From Mytilus trossulus (taxonomy: Eukaryota), in assembly GCF_036588685.1 (NCBI RefSeq), contig NC_086382.1, positions 77,128,001 through 77,192,000 on the forward strand: DNA of 64,000 nt. The letters are read 5' to 3'. Below the pieces are notes generated by a model, which was not told where the DNA came from, did not search any database, and saw only the letters and a list, made by a program, of their open reading frames with translations. How positions within the stretch are numbered: position 1 is the first letter of the stretch; every line of letters begins with the position of its first letter. Both the position numbers and the translations under genes were made by a program. Below are positions 48,985 through 63,008 of the stretch, one piece after another.

Positions 48985-50545
48985 CTTTCAGACTTTATCC
49001 AAATATTCAGTGTTTTCTGTTCAGACATTTTTCAAAGCGTTCATTGATTTCTGATCAGACATTATGTGAAACGTTCATTGTTTTCTGTTCAGATATAATC
49101 CAAAGCGTACATTGTTTTCTGTTCAGACATTTTATAAAGTGTTCATTGTTTTCTGTTCAGACATTATCCAAAGCATTCATTGTTTTCTGTTCAGACATTA
49201 TCCAAAGCATTCATTGTTTTCTGTTCAGACATTATCCAAAGTGTTCATTGTTTTCTGTTCAGACATTATCCCCAAAGTGTTCATTGTTTTCTGTTCAGAC
49301 ATTATCCCCAAAGTATTCATTGTTTTCTGTTCAGACATTATCCAAAGTATTTATTGTTTTCTGTTCAGACATTATCCCCAAAGCGTTCATTGTTTTCTGT
49401 TCAGACATTATCCCCAAAGTATTCATTGTTTTCTGTTCAGACATTATCCAAAGTATTCATTGTTTTCTGTTCAGACATTATCCAAAGTGTTCATTGTTTT
49501 CTGTTCAGACATTATCCAAAGTGTTCATTGTTTTCTGTTCAGACATTATCCCCAAAGTATTCATTGTTTTCTGTTCAGACATTATCCAAAGAATTCATTG
49601 TTTTCTGTTCAGACATTATCCCTAAAGCGTTCATTGTTTTCTGTTCAGACATTATCCCCAAAGTATTCATTGTTTTCTGTTCAGACATTATCCAAAGCGT
49701 TCATTGTTTTCTGTTCAGACATTATCCAAAGTATTCATTGTTTTCTGTTCAGACATTATCCAAAGCGTTCATTGTTTTCTGTTCAGACATTATCCAAAGT
49801 GTTCAGTGTTTTCTGTTCAGACATAATCCAAAGCGTTCATTGTTTTCTGTTCAGATATTATCCAAAGTATTCATTGTTTTCTGTTCAGACATTATCCAAA
49901 GCATTCATTGTTTTCTGTTCAGACATTATCCAAAGCGTTCATTGTTTTCTGTTCAGACATAATCCAAAGTGTTCAGTGTTTTCTGTTCAGACATAATCCA
50001 AAGCGTTCATTGTTTTCTGTTCAGACATTTACAAAGTGTTCATAGTTTTCTGTTCAGACATTATCCAAAGTGTTCATTGTTTTCTGTTCAGACATTATCC
50101 CCAAAGTATTCATTGTTTTCTGTTCAGACATTATCCAAAGTATTAATTGTTTTCTGTTCAGACATTATCCCCAAAGCGTTCATTGTTTTCTGTTCAGACA
50201 TTATCCCCAAAGTATTCATTGTTTTCTGTTCAGACATTATCCAAAGTATTCATTGTTTTCTGTTCAGACATTATCCAAAGTGTTCATTGTTTTCTGTTCA
50301 GACATTATCCCCAAAGTGTTCATTGTTTTCTGTTCAGACATTATCCCCAAAGTATTCATTGTTTTCTGTTCAGACATTTTACAAAGTGTTCATTGTTTTC
50401 TGTTCAGACATTATCCAAAGCATTCATTGTTTTCTGTTCAGACATAATCCAAAGCATTCATTGTTTTTTGTTTAGACATTATCCAAAGCATTCATTGTTT
50501 TCTGTTCAGACATTATCCCAAGGTTCATTGTTTTCTGTTCAGACA
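48985..50545. repeat. 34/36-bp satellite, ~45 copies, in RPF2 intron 4
   Basis: Unit TTCATTGTTTTCTGTTCAGACATTATCC(CC)AAAGTG; it explains the repetitive ORFs at 48960-50602. Confidence 0.95.
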
Positions 50546-50997
50546 ATCTTAGTCATTGTTTTCTTGTTAAATCAGAGGTTGTTTTTTACAGTTGCCATGT
50601 GAACTAATGTTTAATTGTTTAATTTACAATTGAACTGGTCAAGTAAGAATCAAGGAAACTAGTTTAACCCAACCACATGTAATGCCTCTGCATAGTTTTG
50701 CTGGTTTTTATTTCTTCAAGGATGAGTTGGTTCTGTTTATTGTGATGTGATATTTTTTTGATACTTTGATGTTATATTTTCTTTCATGAACAGGTGACTG
50801 ATGTCACTATATTTGGTTGGTTCAGTTAAAAATCAATATTTCCAGGCATTTAGTATTTGTGTATCTCCATTTCCCAAAGGAACAGGTCTAATGGTTAGTT
50901 CAGTCTACTTTTGATTGCTTCAATTTTGTTCTAAAATATTAACACCGTTTCCATGATCATATTATTGTTGATTATATTATAACCGTTGATAACTTAC

Positions 50998-51037
50998 CAA
51001 TGGTGTTTCATCTTCAAATGGTCGCAATATATTTTTT
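50998..51037 (-). CDS. RPF2: RPF2 exon 4
   Basis: (R)KNILRPFEDETPL; 40 nt, AG/GT. Confidence 0.93.
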
Positions 51038-51514
51038 CTGAAATTGAAAAAAAGCAAGTCAAGTAAATAAATAAAAACACATTCATAGCCTTTAACATGT
51101 AAGGAAAACCATGAAAACAGGGAATTTAACCAATTCAATGAACACTAACTTATAATTAAACATATAATTATAACCTGTACATCTATGTGATCATGGTGAT
51201 ATAAACAGGTTTATTTCTGGCTTGTGGTTTGAAATCTTTATTTAGCATAGAATGATAGGAGGGGACAGGCCATTACTTGTTCTCCTCCTGACAAATATAT
51301 GGTGAACAAGAAAATTATTTTTATCTGTCATGACTTTTAACATGGTTCAGTATTCATGTAGTACATGTTATGCTAATATAGACTTATTAATTCTTAAAGC
51401 TTCTGAGAATCAGTGTATTTAATTAATTAATACATTTAATCAGCTAAAACATTAACTGCTGCATTAATCATATATTTCTGTCACTTCTTGTCTCAAACAA
51501 TCACTATTTAGTGA

Positions 51515-53480
51515 TTATTACAACATCATACAGAATAACTGATATACTAATCGTGATTACTACGGTACAACATCATACAGAATTACTGATTTACTAATCG
51601 TGATTACTACGGTACAACATCATACAGAATTACTGATTTACTAATCATGATTACTACGGTACAAAATCATACAGAATTACTGATTTACTAATCATGATTA
51701 CTACCGTACAACATCATAAAGAATTACTGATTTACTAATCATGATTACTACGGTACAACATCATACAGAATTACTGATTTACTAATCATGATTACTACGG
51801 TACAACATCATACAGAATTACTGATTTACTAATCATGATTACCACGGTACAACATTATACAGAATTACTGATTTACTAATCATGTTTACCACTGTACAAC
51901 ATTATACAGAATTACTGATTTACTAATCATGATTACTACGGTACAACATCATACAGATTTAACTGATTTACTAATCATGATTACCACGGTACAACATCAT
52001 ACAGAATTACTGATTTACTAATCATGATTACTACGGTACAACATCATACAGAATTACTGATTTACTAATCATGTTTACCACAGTACAACATTATACAGAA
52101 TTACTGATTTACTAATCATGATTACCATGGTACAACATCATACAGAATTACTGATTTACTAATCATGTTTACCACGGTACAACATTATACAGAATTACTG
52201 ATTTACTAATCATGATTACTGCGGTACAACATCATACAGAATTACTGATTTACTAATCATGTTTACCACGGTACAACATCATACAGAATTACTGATTTAC
52301 TAATCATGATTACTACCGTACAACATCATAAAGAATTACTGATTTACTAATCATGTTTACCACGGTACAACATCATACAGAATTACTGATTTACTAATCA
52401 TGTTTACCACGGTACAACATCATACAGAATTACTGATTTACTAATCATGATTACTACGGTACAACATCATACAGAATTACTGATTTACTAATCATGATTA
52501 CTACCGTACAACATCATAAAGAATTACTGATTTACTAATCATGTTTACCACGGTACAACATCATACAGAATTACTGATTTACTAATCATGTTTACCACGG
52601 TACAACATCATACAGAATTACTGATTTACTAATCATGATTACTACGGTACAACATCATACAGAATTACTGATTTACTAATCATGATTACTACCGTACATC
52701 ATAAAGAATTACTGATTTACTAATCATGTTTACCACGGTACAACATTATACAGAATTATTGATTTACTAATCATGATTACTACGGTACAACATCATACAG
52801 AATTACTGATTTACTAATCATGTTTACCACGGTACAACATTATACAGAATTACTGATTTACTAATCATGATTACTACGGTACAACATCATACAGAATTAC
52901 TGATTTACTAATCATGTTTACCACGGTACAACATCAAACAGAATTACTGATTTACTAATCATGATTACTACGGTACAACATCATACAGAATTACTGATTT
53001 ACTAATCATGATTATTACGGTACAACATCATACAGAATTACTGATTTACTAATCATGTATACCACGGTACAACATTATACAGAATTACTGATTTACTAAT
53101 CATGATTACTACGGTACAACATCATACAGAATTACTGATTTACTAATCATGATTACTACGGTACAACATCATACAGAATTACTGATTTACTCATTGTGAT
53201 TACTGATTTACTAATCATGATTACTACGGTACAACATCATACAGAATTACTGATTTACTCATCGTGATTACTGATTTACTAATCATAATTACTACGGTAC
53301 AACATCATACAGAATTACTGATTTACTAATCATGATTACTACGTTGAAACATCATACAGAATTACTGATTTACTAATCATGATTACTACAGTGAAACATC
53401 ATACAGAATTACTGATTTACTAATCATGATTACTACGGTACATCATACAGAATTTATCAATTACTGATTTACTAATCATG
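51515..53480. repeat. 47-bp satellite, ~41 copies, in RPF2 intron 3
   Basis: Unit ACAACATCATACAGAATTACTGATTTACTAATCATGATTACTACGGT; ends ~12 bp from the exon 3 donor. Confidence 0.95.
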
Positions 53481-53492
53481 CTAATAGTTTAC

Positions 53493-53530
53493 CTTTTATA
53501 CATCACTGCATGAGGTTTCTTTAACATGTA
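53493..53530 (-). CDS. RPF2: RPF2 exon 3
   Basis: YMLKKPHAVMYK(R); 38 nt, AG/GT. Confidence 0.93.
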
Positions 53531-54032
53531 CTGAAATACAAATAATCATAAGAAATTATATACAGTAGTATTCTAATGTTATCAGTTTCTTTGTTTTAGT
53601 TATAACAATTTGACATCTGAATATTCCTTTATTTCTGATATAGTACAAGTATGATAAAAGTTATGCATGGCAATCTCTTACTTATGATTTTATCTGTGAT
53701 AAGTTATAAAAGTTTAATTCACATGACAGTTTGGGCCAAGTGAGCTAAACCAAGAATTACCTTCTCAAGCAAAGTATAAATCTCTGATTAATCACTTCAA
53801 GTTCAACTTATTATTTTTGTGACATAATTCAGTTATATCTTTTTTCAACCATTAAGGATGTTGTAACATAATTCAAGATCTATCTTTCACCAATACCTTC
53901 GGCTGTTTTCTTCTCTTTGGTCGGGTTGTTGTCTCTTAGACTCATTCACCATTTCATTCTCAATTTTATTATAGTTCTGTGATATAGTTACTATAGTTTG
54001 GTCTCTTACAAATATCTTTAACATGGAAATTA

Positions 54033-54212
54033 GTATGGCGTTCATTATCACTGAACTAGTATATATTTGTTTAGGGGCCAGCTGAAGGACGTCTCCAGGT
54101 GTGGGAATTTCTCGTTACATTAAAGACCTGTAGGTGACCTTCTGCTGTTGTTTTTTTATTTGGTCGGGTTGTTGTCTCTTTGACACATTCCCCATTTCCA
54201 TTCTCAATTTTA
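54033..54212 (+). repeat. Dispersed SINE-like repeat (related copy at ~54765-54925)
   Basis: ACTGAACTAGTA...GGGGCCAGCTGAAG...GGTTGTTGTCTCTTTGACACATTCCCCATTTCCATT; partial copies at ~53900 and, reversed, at ~12940. Confidence 0.55.
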
Positions 54213-54341
54213 TATATATGGTATCACTATGTATAGTAATTTATCTTTTATATCCTTAAAGTTGGTTATGGCAATTTTATGTATTATCTCTTACTAATAT
54301 CTTAATCTTGGATATATAGTAGTTTAGCTTTAATTTCTTAC

Positions 54342-54474
54342 TAGTTCCTTTAAAATCTGTGACACAGTAATACTGGTATTTCCACCTTTGATAAACATGG
54401 ATGATTTTGTATTTTCTGTAATCTTGCCATCTCTGTTCTCTAAAAATCTTCTTCCTTTTTGTGTCTTAGGCTTT
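54342..54474 (-). CDS. RPF2: RPF2 exon 2
   Basis: KPKTQKGRRFLENRDGKITENTKSSMFIKGGNTSITVSQILKEL; 133 nt, AG/GT. Confidence 0.95.
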
Positions 54475-55855
54475 CTGTATTAAAAAAACATATATGTACA
54501 AATGTAGTGCATTTCAGTAACTGTTAGTAGTCCTTTATTAACTGGTGTATTATTATCATTTCCCTTAGTTTCTTCTGTTACCTATTCTGAAATTGGACTC
54601 AGATTTTTATTAAGCTGAGTTTAACTGTGCATATTGCTTTGCATTTGTTTATTCTGCCTTTGCTAGAAGTAAAGTGGGAGGGTTGAGATCTCACAAAACG
54701 TGTTTAACCCTGCCACATATTAGTTTATTTATATGTTTCTGAGTTAAGTGTCTACTGAAATGTAACTGAACTAGTACAAATTTTGTTTAGGGGCCAGCTG
54801 AAGCCCAACTAGAGTTGTTGGATTTTCTTGATATGTTCAAGACCCATTTTTGGCCATGGGCTCTTTTCTGCTTTTTGGTTGGGTTGTTGTCTCTATGATA
54901 CATTCCCCATTTCCATTTTATATTTTATATTTTATTTACCCAAAAGTTCATTATTTTGTCTTTTATCGTTATCAATGTGAATTACTTAAATATAATATTC
55001 AAGTGATTAATTCAACAATTCAGAAGATTAAAAGTCCAAATATCTACAGAAAACAGAAAGGAAGAGTCTTACAACACCCCACTTTTTGAACTCCGCTGAC
55101 CCTCATGGACACTTCAAATATACTTTTTTCCATTTTTTCTTCTTCTAACTCTTTTATAAAATAGTTGTACCAATAATAAAAGAGAAAAATATCAAAATCT
55201 AACCAATGAACAGATATCCAGGATACTTGAACTGATTACTATAAATTATGAATATATTTGAATTTTATAACACACACAATCATGACAATGTAATCCGGAA
55301 AGTGATGAATCTGCAGACGTTTTTCCTCATATTGATTTTCGATTTTAACATAAAAATGATGCCCATAAAAATTGGAAAATTGTTTCATTATAAGTAATTT
55401 AATTTATTTTATCGTATTATTGTATAATATCATAGTTTTTCTTAGTGGTAGGTGGTATTTGAGGTGTTCGGCGGCGTTCTGTGGTGTGCAGTGGTGTTCG
55501 GTGGTGAAAAGACCCACCCGCTTGTGACCTTAGATTTTGTGTGTGTTTTGTCAAGAAAATGAATGAGTTTATCAAAGTATATATAGGCATGGCAAAGGCG
55601 GAGTTAGAGGGGGCATGTGCCTATCTATCTCTATCTTCATATTTCTGAGTACTAGTAGGCAGTCAATGGGCCCCCACTTATGAAAAATTCTGGATCCGCC
55701 ACTGCATTGTTTTCAGAGATAAGTGTGTGTGATGTATTGTTCAGACACAAATCAAAACAAATAAACCTTTGATATGACTTGATGTATGTGTGAACAGTGT
55801 AAAGGTTAAAACACCTAGTACATGTATTGATAAGTATTCTGTATTTTTCTAAACT

Positions 55856-57574
55856 ATCTGTCTGTATCTGTATCTGTATCGTTACGTCGAAGGTACCAAT
55901 ACTGGCTTTTACTCGACGGGAGAGAGAGCGCCTATTGACCGTGTTGGAGAGCTGTTTTGAAGCTCTCAACTGACTTGGCGCACACTGCTGCTTCTTCCAG
56001 TTGGTTCCAATGAATAACAGTCTTGACAAAGAACGAGTTCTTAAATTGTTCAGTTTTACAGTTTGTAGTATCAATTGCCTTTGAGTTGTTTTTAACTGAG
56101 TTGGTAACTATGTTTGTGCTCTCAAAGTCTACAAAGCGTGTAGGTTTGATTGTCCTTTTGGTTTTGCTTTTTACCAAAAATTCGTCAGGTTTGATAGCTG
56201 GGACCAAACCCTCAACCACTTTGTACAGAAATACCAGTCTTTGGCTTGTTCTTCTGGACTGTAGGTTTTCAAGTTCCAGCACTGTTAGCATTTTGGTGAC
56301 CGATCCCTCTTCTCTTGATTTATAATCCCCTGTGATGAAACGGGCTGCTCTTCTTTGGATTCTTTCTAATTGGTTGATGTTGTTTGATGTATATGGGTCC
56401 CATACAATTGCCCCATATTCCATCGTAGATCGCACCAATGAAATGTATGCTGTTTTCTTGCAGTCTTTTGGGCAGAATCTTAGGTTGCGTCTAAGAAAGC
56501 CTAGTGTAGAATTCGCTTTCTTAGTTACATTTGAAATGTGGGTGGTCCATTTCAGATCGTCCGATATCTGTAGACCCAGGTATGGGTTGTGTTTGACCTG
56601 TTGGAGTATGTGTCCATCAAGGGTATAGAACTTCTGACTTTTGTTCTTAATGCTCAAGATGTAACATTTCTTTGCGTTGAAGCGCATACCCCAGTCTTTG
56701 GCCCATTTTTCTAGGCTAACCAGATCTTGTTTTAACAGTGTGTGGTCTCGTTGAGTTTTTATATTTCTGTATAGCAGACAATCATCAGCAAAAAGTCTAA
56801 CAGTTGATTTTACTGAGTCCGGGAGATCATTGATATGACAGAGGAAGAGAAGGGGTCCGAGTACGGTTCCTTGTGGCACTCCTGAGTCCACTGTAACTTC
56901 TTCCGATTCCTCTCCATCAATGACAACCTTCATCCTTCTCTGAGTTAGAAACATTTCTAGCCATTTATTCAGTGGTCCTCTCACACCATATTCGTCTAGT
57001 TTGTGTAGGAGTTTGTTGTGTGGCACTGTGTCAAATGCTTTTGAAAAGTCCAGGATAGCAACATCAATTTGGTTTCCAGCATCGTGTGATTTCATGAAGT
57101 CGTGCAGTGTGACTAGTAGCTGTGTCTCACACGAGTATCCGGATCTGAATCCATGGTTGAGTGATGTTAGTACCCTGTGCTTGTCTAGATGGTTTAGTAT
57201 GTGCTTACAGATGATATGTTCAAGTACTTTGCACGGCACAGATGTTAGTGATACAGGTCTATAATTTTCTGGTGCATGTTTATCTCCTTTTTTAAAGACG
57301 CTCGAGATGTTAGCCTTTAACCAGTCTCTTGGCAGTTCTCCAGTATTTATTGACTTTTGGTATATTATTGAGAGTCCTGGTGCAAGTTGTTTTGAGCACT
57401 CCTTGAGGATTCTATTAGGTATACCGTCTGGTCCTGAAGCTTTTGATGGGTTTAGTTGCCTGAGTAGTTTTTCGACTCCTTCATGTTTTATTTCAAGGAA
57501 TGGGATTGAGATCTTTATGTGCTTTGTTGTTTTCGGCAATGTTTTGTCGTTGTCCTTTGTAAATACTGATTTTT
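55856..57574 (-). mobile_element. 5'-truncated CR1-group LINE with uninterrupted RT frame, in RPF2 intron 1
   Basis: ORF 55932-57539 has KASGPDGI, NYRPVSLTS, DFSKAFD, GVPQGTVLGP, FADD; (CAGATA)n tail at ~55856-55880. Confidence 0.93.
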
Positions 57575-57714
57575 ACTGTTGTATCAGTAAAACTAAAGCT
57601 AAAGCCTATGTTCATTAGCCTATGATCTAAAACTGTTAAACAATAAATGATAAAAAGAAAATCGACTTTCAAGTGTGTTCATTTTTATCCTGATAATAAT
57701 ATTTCATAACCTAC

Positions 57715-57734
57715 ACTACTCTTTGCATGACCAT
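57715..57734 (-). CDS. RPF2: RPF2 exon 1 (coding part), ribosome production factor 2 homolog
   Basis: ATG GTC ATG CAA AGA GTA GT|gtaggt joins exon 2 to give MVMQRVVKPKT, matching the conserved RPF2 N-terminus (RVVKPKT). Total CDS 942 nt, 313 aa. Confidence 0.85.
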
Positions 57735-57776
57735 TTTTACTGTCTTGCAGTGTCTGTTTCTTGTTTACAAATTTTC

Positions 57777-57782
57777 CACGTG
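57777..57782. promoter_or_regulatory. E-box CACGTG at the RPF2 5' end
   Basis: Canonical Myc/Max site ~45 bp upstream of the ATG of a ribosome-biogenesis gene. Confidence 0.4.
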
Positions 57783-58098
57783 TGAATCTAATGTTAGACA
57801 CAACTTCGGTAAGACGTGCAAAACAACTTCCGGATTAGACTTGACTTAAGTAAATCTGGCTAAAAAATAATATTTTAACAAAAACATTTATTATTTCAGT
57901 AGAAAAATAATGAAAGAAATATGATTTTTAACAGTATGTTAATATCTGATAAAAATTTGAAAAAAAATTATAAAAAATATATAAAGATCGTTGTTGTTTA
58001 TACTTTTATCGGTCATTTTCGGTTTTTGTTTTAAAATATAAATTGTCTCCCATATTTTTGTCAAGTACGTCACAAATTTATGAGCACAAAGAGCACAT

Positions 58099-58113
58099 GT
58101 TGTCCAAGGCAAC
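58099..58113 (+). promoter_or_regulatory. RFX X-box
   Basis: GTTGTCCAAGGCAAC just upstream of the putative PPP1R32 non-coding exon 1 (donor AATC|GTAAGT at 58199/58200); fits a ciliary gene. Confidence 0.65.
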
Positions 58114-58511
58114 CAAGAAGCTTTACTGAACAATTTAGTTAAATTACCGTATTTTAATTGTTTACATACCAAACAGACTTTATCAGTGATAAAATAATCG
58201 TAAGTTTAAGTGGCTTTAGAAAATTTGCATTGATAAATTTTATGAAAGATAATAAATTGGTTGTAAAAGTACAGTAAAGATGTTTTGCACATCATAATTT
58301 GTCAATTATATTCCTATTCATGTTCACAACTGTCAATATTTTATGATATTACATTGTTGGTCCTCTGTTATTTTAGGGCTCCCTTTATTTAAGGGTGAGG
58401 GAATTTTTACTTTAGGTGCTATGGGTATATGTTTGGATCAGGGACTGCCTAATGGTTAGGTATAAGTAATGTCACCTTATAAAAATGTACCATACCAAAA
58501 ACTGTTGTTTA

Positions 58512-58696
58512 ATAGGACTCTTCACGGTTAGTTCGACCATATTGGATAGGGGCAAAAATACGGGAAAACATCATAGAAACAGAGCAGTTGCTTGGAAACA
58601 CACATAGGATTTCCCATGCTTTCATAATATTTCCACCTCTTTCTAAAAAATCTGCCCCCTATCCAACATGGCCAAACTAACCGTGAAGAGCCCTAT
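58512..58696. mobile_element. 185-bp MITE
   Basis: ~43-bp TIRs ATAGGACTCTTCACGGTTAGTTCGACCATATTGGATAGGGGCA / TGCCCCCTATCCAACATGGCCAAACTAACCGTGAAGAGCCCTAT; TA flanks. Confidence 0.8.
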
Positions 58697-60009
58697 TATA
58701 CATGATCTTCTGATTGCTTCCTTTTCACAAAGCAAACAGCTTAATGTCACAATGTCTATGATGGCTCATCCCCTACACAGCTACAGGTCCCCAGATCTAG
58801 TACGACTGTAAGCATTTCATACCTAAAAAGTTAAAATTGAAGTTGGAATCTTTTGTTACAATTTTTGTACAATCAGTGAAAAAATAATACTTTTTTTAAA
58901 GGATGATGGCTGTCATGGGCCATATATTCATGTAAGAGCTAGATAAAAATTTCCATTGACCATTGTTGAAATGAGAACTCAATACATGTAGCAATATGTA
59001 CATGTACATATGTATGCTAATTGTCTTCCATAGCATGTAAGTACAGAGGGAATTGCTGAAAAAATATGTCTTATCTCATTTTTAATTCCTACAGAAATTT
59101 TTATGATTCTATTTTAAATTCATGAAATCTTGATTGACCTTAGTGTCGTTGTTGTAACATTAAGGGACTTTGTTAACAACTATTAAATAGTTAAATAAAG
59201 AATCTGAAGTTGAAAAAAAAATCTTTATTGACCTTAATTGATTTCTGTTTAATTATTTGTTTCTCTGCTGAAGTGCTGTGGCATGTACTTGAGAATGTCA
59301 GTTTGCACAAAGTAATTTGTACTGAAGACTTAATTATGTCACTTTTAGGATATTTTAAGGTTTTATCAAAGCATTTTAGGAATAGGGTTTGTTAATTAAA
59401 TTCTATTCTTACTAATGAGAATACTATTTACATGTCGTGTCACATTGATTAGTTCTTGGTTGAGAATTTATTTGTACATCAGAGCTTTAGAAACCAGACC
59501 AAAAGTGAGTCTTGCACAAGCTTTTATCCAGTTTGGTAGAGAGTTTACATAAATATTATATTTCTGACAGTTCACATACATGTCTATTGTTTTGATCCTA
59601 CAATTTACACCTGGGACTGAAAGGTTTGGTTATTATTATAATGCAAATAGTTAATTTGTCTTTTCAACATAGAAATGCAGAACATGAAGAGGACCCCTAA
59701 ATGACCTCTCACATAAAAAGAAATATCTACATTAATTCATAGTTTGCTAATCATAAATGTGAAAGTGAAGTAACAGGAAACTTTATTTATTTTCTTTGTA
59801 CAATATTAAAAGAAAACATTTCTTTGTGAACCTGTTTTGTACAAATGTTGGCTGATTGCAGTACTAGTATAAATATAAACTGTATATATAATTAGGACTA
59901 GTAATTTTTATTTTTTAAGTCATTATGATGACAAATTATTGTAGGTACTGATACTATCTCACTATTCATGTTCATCTACATTCATTTATATTCCAGCTTT
60001 CAAACAAAG

Positions 60010-60239
60010 ATGGGTCCTTTACCACAAGGAAGTAGAAATCTCCATATCAAGGCCAGTCAAGGTCCAGATATTAACATGATGAAATTTTACATCACACAAA
60101 ATTCTACCACTTATGGTAGATACCATGAAAAATTTAAACCAAGAACTGGCCGACATACTGGGACTGGTTACTCTGCCAACTTCCGACCTGCCGTATATTA
60201 TAACCAACGTCTGGATCAATCTGATAACCCAACTCTAGC
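60010..60239 (+). CDS. PPP1R32: PPP1R32/SAXO4 (ciliary microtubule-associated protein), first coding exon
   Basis: MGPLPQG...MKFYITQNSTTYGR..FKPRTGRHTGTGYSANFRPAVYY..LDQSDNP matches the PPP1R32 N-terminus (LKFY.T.Y...YG..FKPR.G.H.GTGY.SNF.P.V). Acceptor ttccag at ~59996, donor at 60240. Confidence 0.85.
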
Positions 60240-60918
60240 GTAAGTATTTAAACTACAGACATGCATTTAACATATATTATACCACAGTACTTTCTATAGC
60301 CAATAAAATACACTGAGAACATGACTATAATTAATAACTAACAGCAGCTCATAGATTGCAGTCGATTTTTCTATTTACTGTGAATTTTAAAAGTTTGAAA
60401 TTAGAAATGTTTATGAATTGAAAAAAGACCAAATTACCAAAGAGGCAATAAAAAATCACAATATAAAAATGAGGAGATATCGTATGGTTGTCTTTTAGAC
60501 AACATTCCAGCAAAGTTCAAAGAGAATGGATGTAAGCAATTATAGGCAACCATACAACTTTCAACAATGAGAAAAATCCTTGCCGTAAAGTCAGCTACAA
60601 ATGGCCCTGACATGAAAAATATGAAACAATTCAATTAAAAAAACTAACAACCTAATTTGTACTAATTAAAAAAGTTTAAGAAAAACAAATATGTCAGACA
60701 AGAACCAACCACTGAACTACAGGCACAGGCTCCTGACTTGGGACAGTTTCATAAATAGGGGGGGGGGGTTAAACATGTTTGTTAGCACTCAATCCTCCCT
60801 GTAACAGCACAACATAGGAACAAGTATTTGTCAGAAACACACAAAACCATGGCAAAACATTTAAAAAACTTAGAGAAGACAAAAGAGACTGTTTAGAAAA
60901 CAAATGATAGAGCAATAT

Positions 60919-61211
60919 GAATAACTGTTTAACATTTTACCTAGTAATAACTGTTTAACATTTTACCTAGTAATAACTGTTTAACATTTTACCTAGTAAT
61001 AACTGTTTAACATTTTACCTATTAATAACTGTTTAACATTTTACCTAGTAATAACTGTTTAACATTTTACCTAGTAATAACTGTTTAACATTTTACCTAG
61101 TAATAACTGTTTAACATTTTACCTATTAATAACTGTTTAACATTTTACCTAGTAATAACTGTTTAACATTTTACCTAGTAATAACTGTTTAACATTTTAC
61201 CTAGTAATAAC
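60919..61211. repeat. 26-bp minisatellite, ~11 copies
   Basis: Unit AATAACTGTTTAACATTTTACCTAGT. Confidence 0.95.
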
Positions 61212-61306
61212 TGTTTAACATTTTACCTAGTTTTCCAATTCTGTATAGTTACTGTCTTTACCCTTGAATTTGTTTAAGTTCTAAAATGTGTTATTTGTAT
61301 TTACAG

Positions 61307-61460
61307 AGATATTTGTTCCAAGAACTACCACACAGTAACAGAGATAGCTTACCAACCGTACAAGGAGAATAGTGGTAGAGAACCGTTACCTGGTAATGTC
61401 CATCAAGTGGGGTCAGGATTTGTACGACAGAAACCAATCACATTTTCTAAAGATGCTGAT
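61307..61460 (+). CDS. PPP1R32: PPP1R32 coding exon 2
   Basis: DICSKNYHTVTEIAYQPYKENSGREPLPGNVHQVGSGFVRQKPITFSKDAD; 154 nt, phase-compatible AG/GT. Confidence 0.85.
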
Positions 61461-63008
61461 GTAAGTTGGGTAGGGGAGTGGGGTTGTCATTAGGGAACTT
61501 TGTATTAGTTCTTATAAGAATTTTTATTACAGAAGCCTTAATAATATAATAGTTTGAGACTACGGTTTGTGACATATAATTTAAGGTTGTTTGGAATCAT
61601 CAAGTCAATGGTATAACTGTCTCAAGCTTACCATAAAGATATATATTGTTTTAACTTGTGATTATGTTTGTGAGATATATTATGAAAGAAGAAAACTGTT
61701 CCAATAACTGGATTAAGTATGAAACTTATAACATAATGCAATTATGGGATACTACAGCTTTGTATATCAAAAAGATCAACCCTATAATACAACCTATAGT
61801 TGTTGCACTACTTTTTATCTTAAACAAAATAATCAAACATTTAGAACTGCATGTTAGAGTAGTTTAAGACTTGCACATATTTTATTGTTATTATTCAACA
61901 CACATATAAATATTGTACACAAATTTATAAATAGATTTTTATTATTTTAGCACATACCCTTTTAACATACTATATTATCACCTCTTTAGTTTATAAATCA
62001 TAATATATAGCAAAACAGTTTTGAAAATTCCACACATTTTCCTTTCACAATAATAAAGATAAATGTACCAATATAATTTTGATGGAGGTACAACATACAA
62101 CTTATTGTAAAATGATTTGTACGGTTTTGCTATATATTATATATAATAACACTCTTATATTAGAGGGATTTATTGCAAGAACATTTAAAAATTAAAAATT
62201 CAATTGATACAATATATTAAGCATCTGTAAGAAAGGATTATGGTATTATTTAAAATATAGTCATGACACAGTTACAGATTTGAAATGTAAATTGATACAA
62301 CCTGGTCATGTTTTGATTAAAGAGATAATGCATATAGCACTTAGTTTCTTTTTTTTTTAACTTTAAAGATGAAATGAAAACTCTATAAAAACCTACAGTA
62401 AGCCTTTGTCATAAGATGCCAATTTATACAAAATGCTGGTTAAATTTACTTAACCTCATCTGGCATGTCTGTTGACAAAAAGAAAAATCAAAGGGAAGTT
62501 GTAAAGGAAGCATTTTTGATTTACAAGAAATATATGTTTTTGCAGTAAATCCAATATATTGTTTTTTTTCTGACTTTTGTATTTACATTATTGTCTCCCT
62601 TTATTCTAGTTAAACATTTTTAAATAATGCACATCATTGTGAATAAGTCTGCAAATTTACTGCATTAAATTATTATGATGTTTTATTACTGAGAGATGAA
62701 ATTTTGGAAATAATTTTCTGTACTGGAATCAATTGAATTAAATTGAATCAAAAATGGTGTCTGAAATTGAGTGATAATTTCAAAAATTGAAGACGAAGAA
62801 AAATGATGTACATGTATATTAAATATAAGTTCGACAGACAACCTTTTGGCATTGATTTTCTACAAACTTTGATTTCTGTATATAGACATTATATTCATGG
62901 AGAATGATTTGCTTCTTAAGAAAGGGAGATAATATAATCTTGTACTTCAAAGACTTTTTAATTTTTTTTGGCTTATCTTTATTGCATGTTTAGACTTTGT
63001 TATTGTAG

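Noticed and set aside
48960-50602. Long Cys/Phe-rich ORFs (125-294 aa)
   Set aside because: Translations of a 34/36-bp satellite in all three frames, antisense within an RPF2 intron.
56023-57618. Plus-strand ORFs of 87-103 aa
   Set aside because: Antisense shadows of the LINE RT frame.
37659-57714. Intronic snoRNAs in RPF2
   Set aside because: No convincing sense-strand C/D or H/ACA box pair with terminal stem found by eye; a snoscan/Infernal run would be needed to exclude them.
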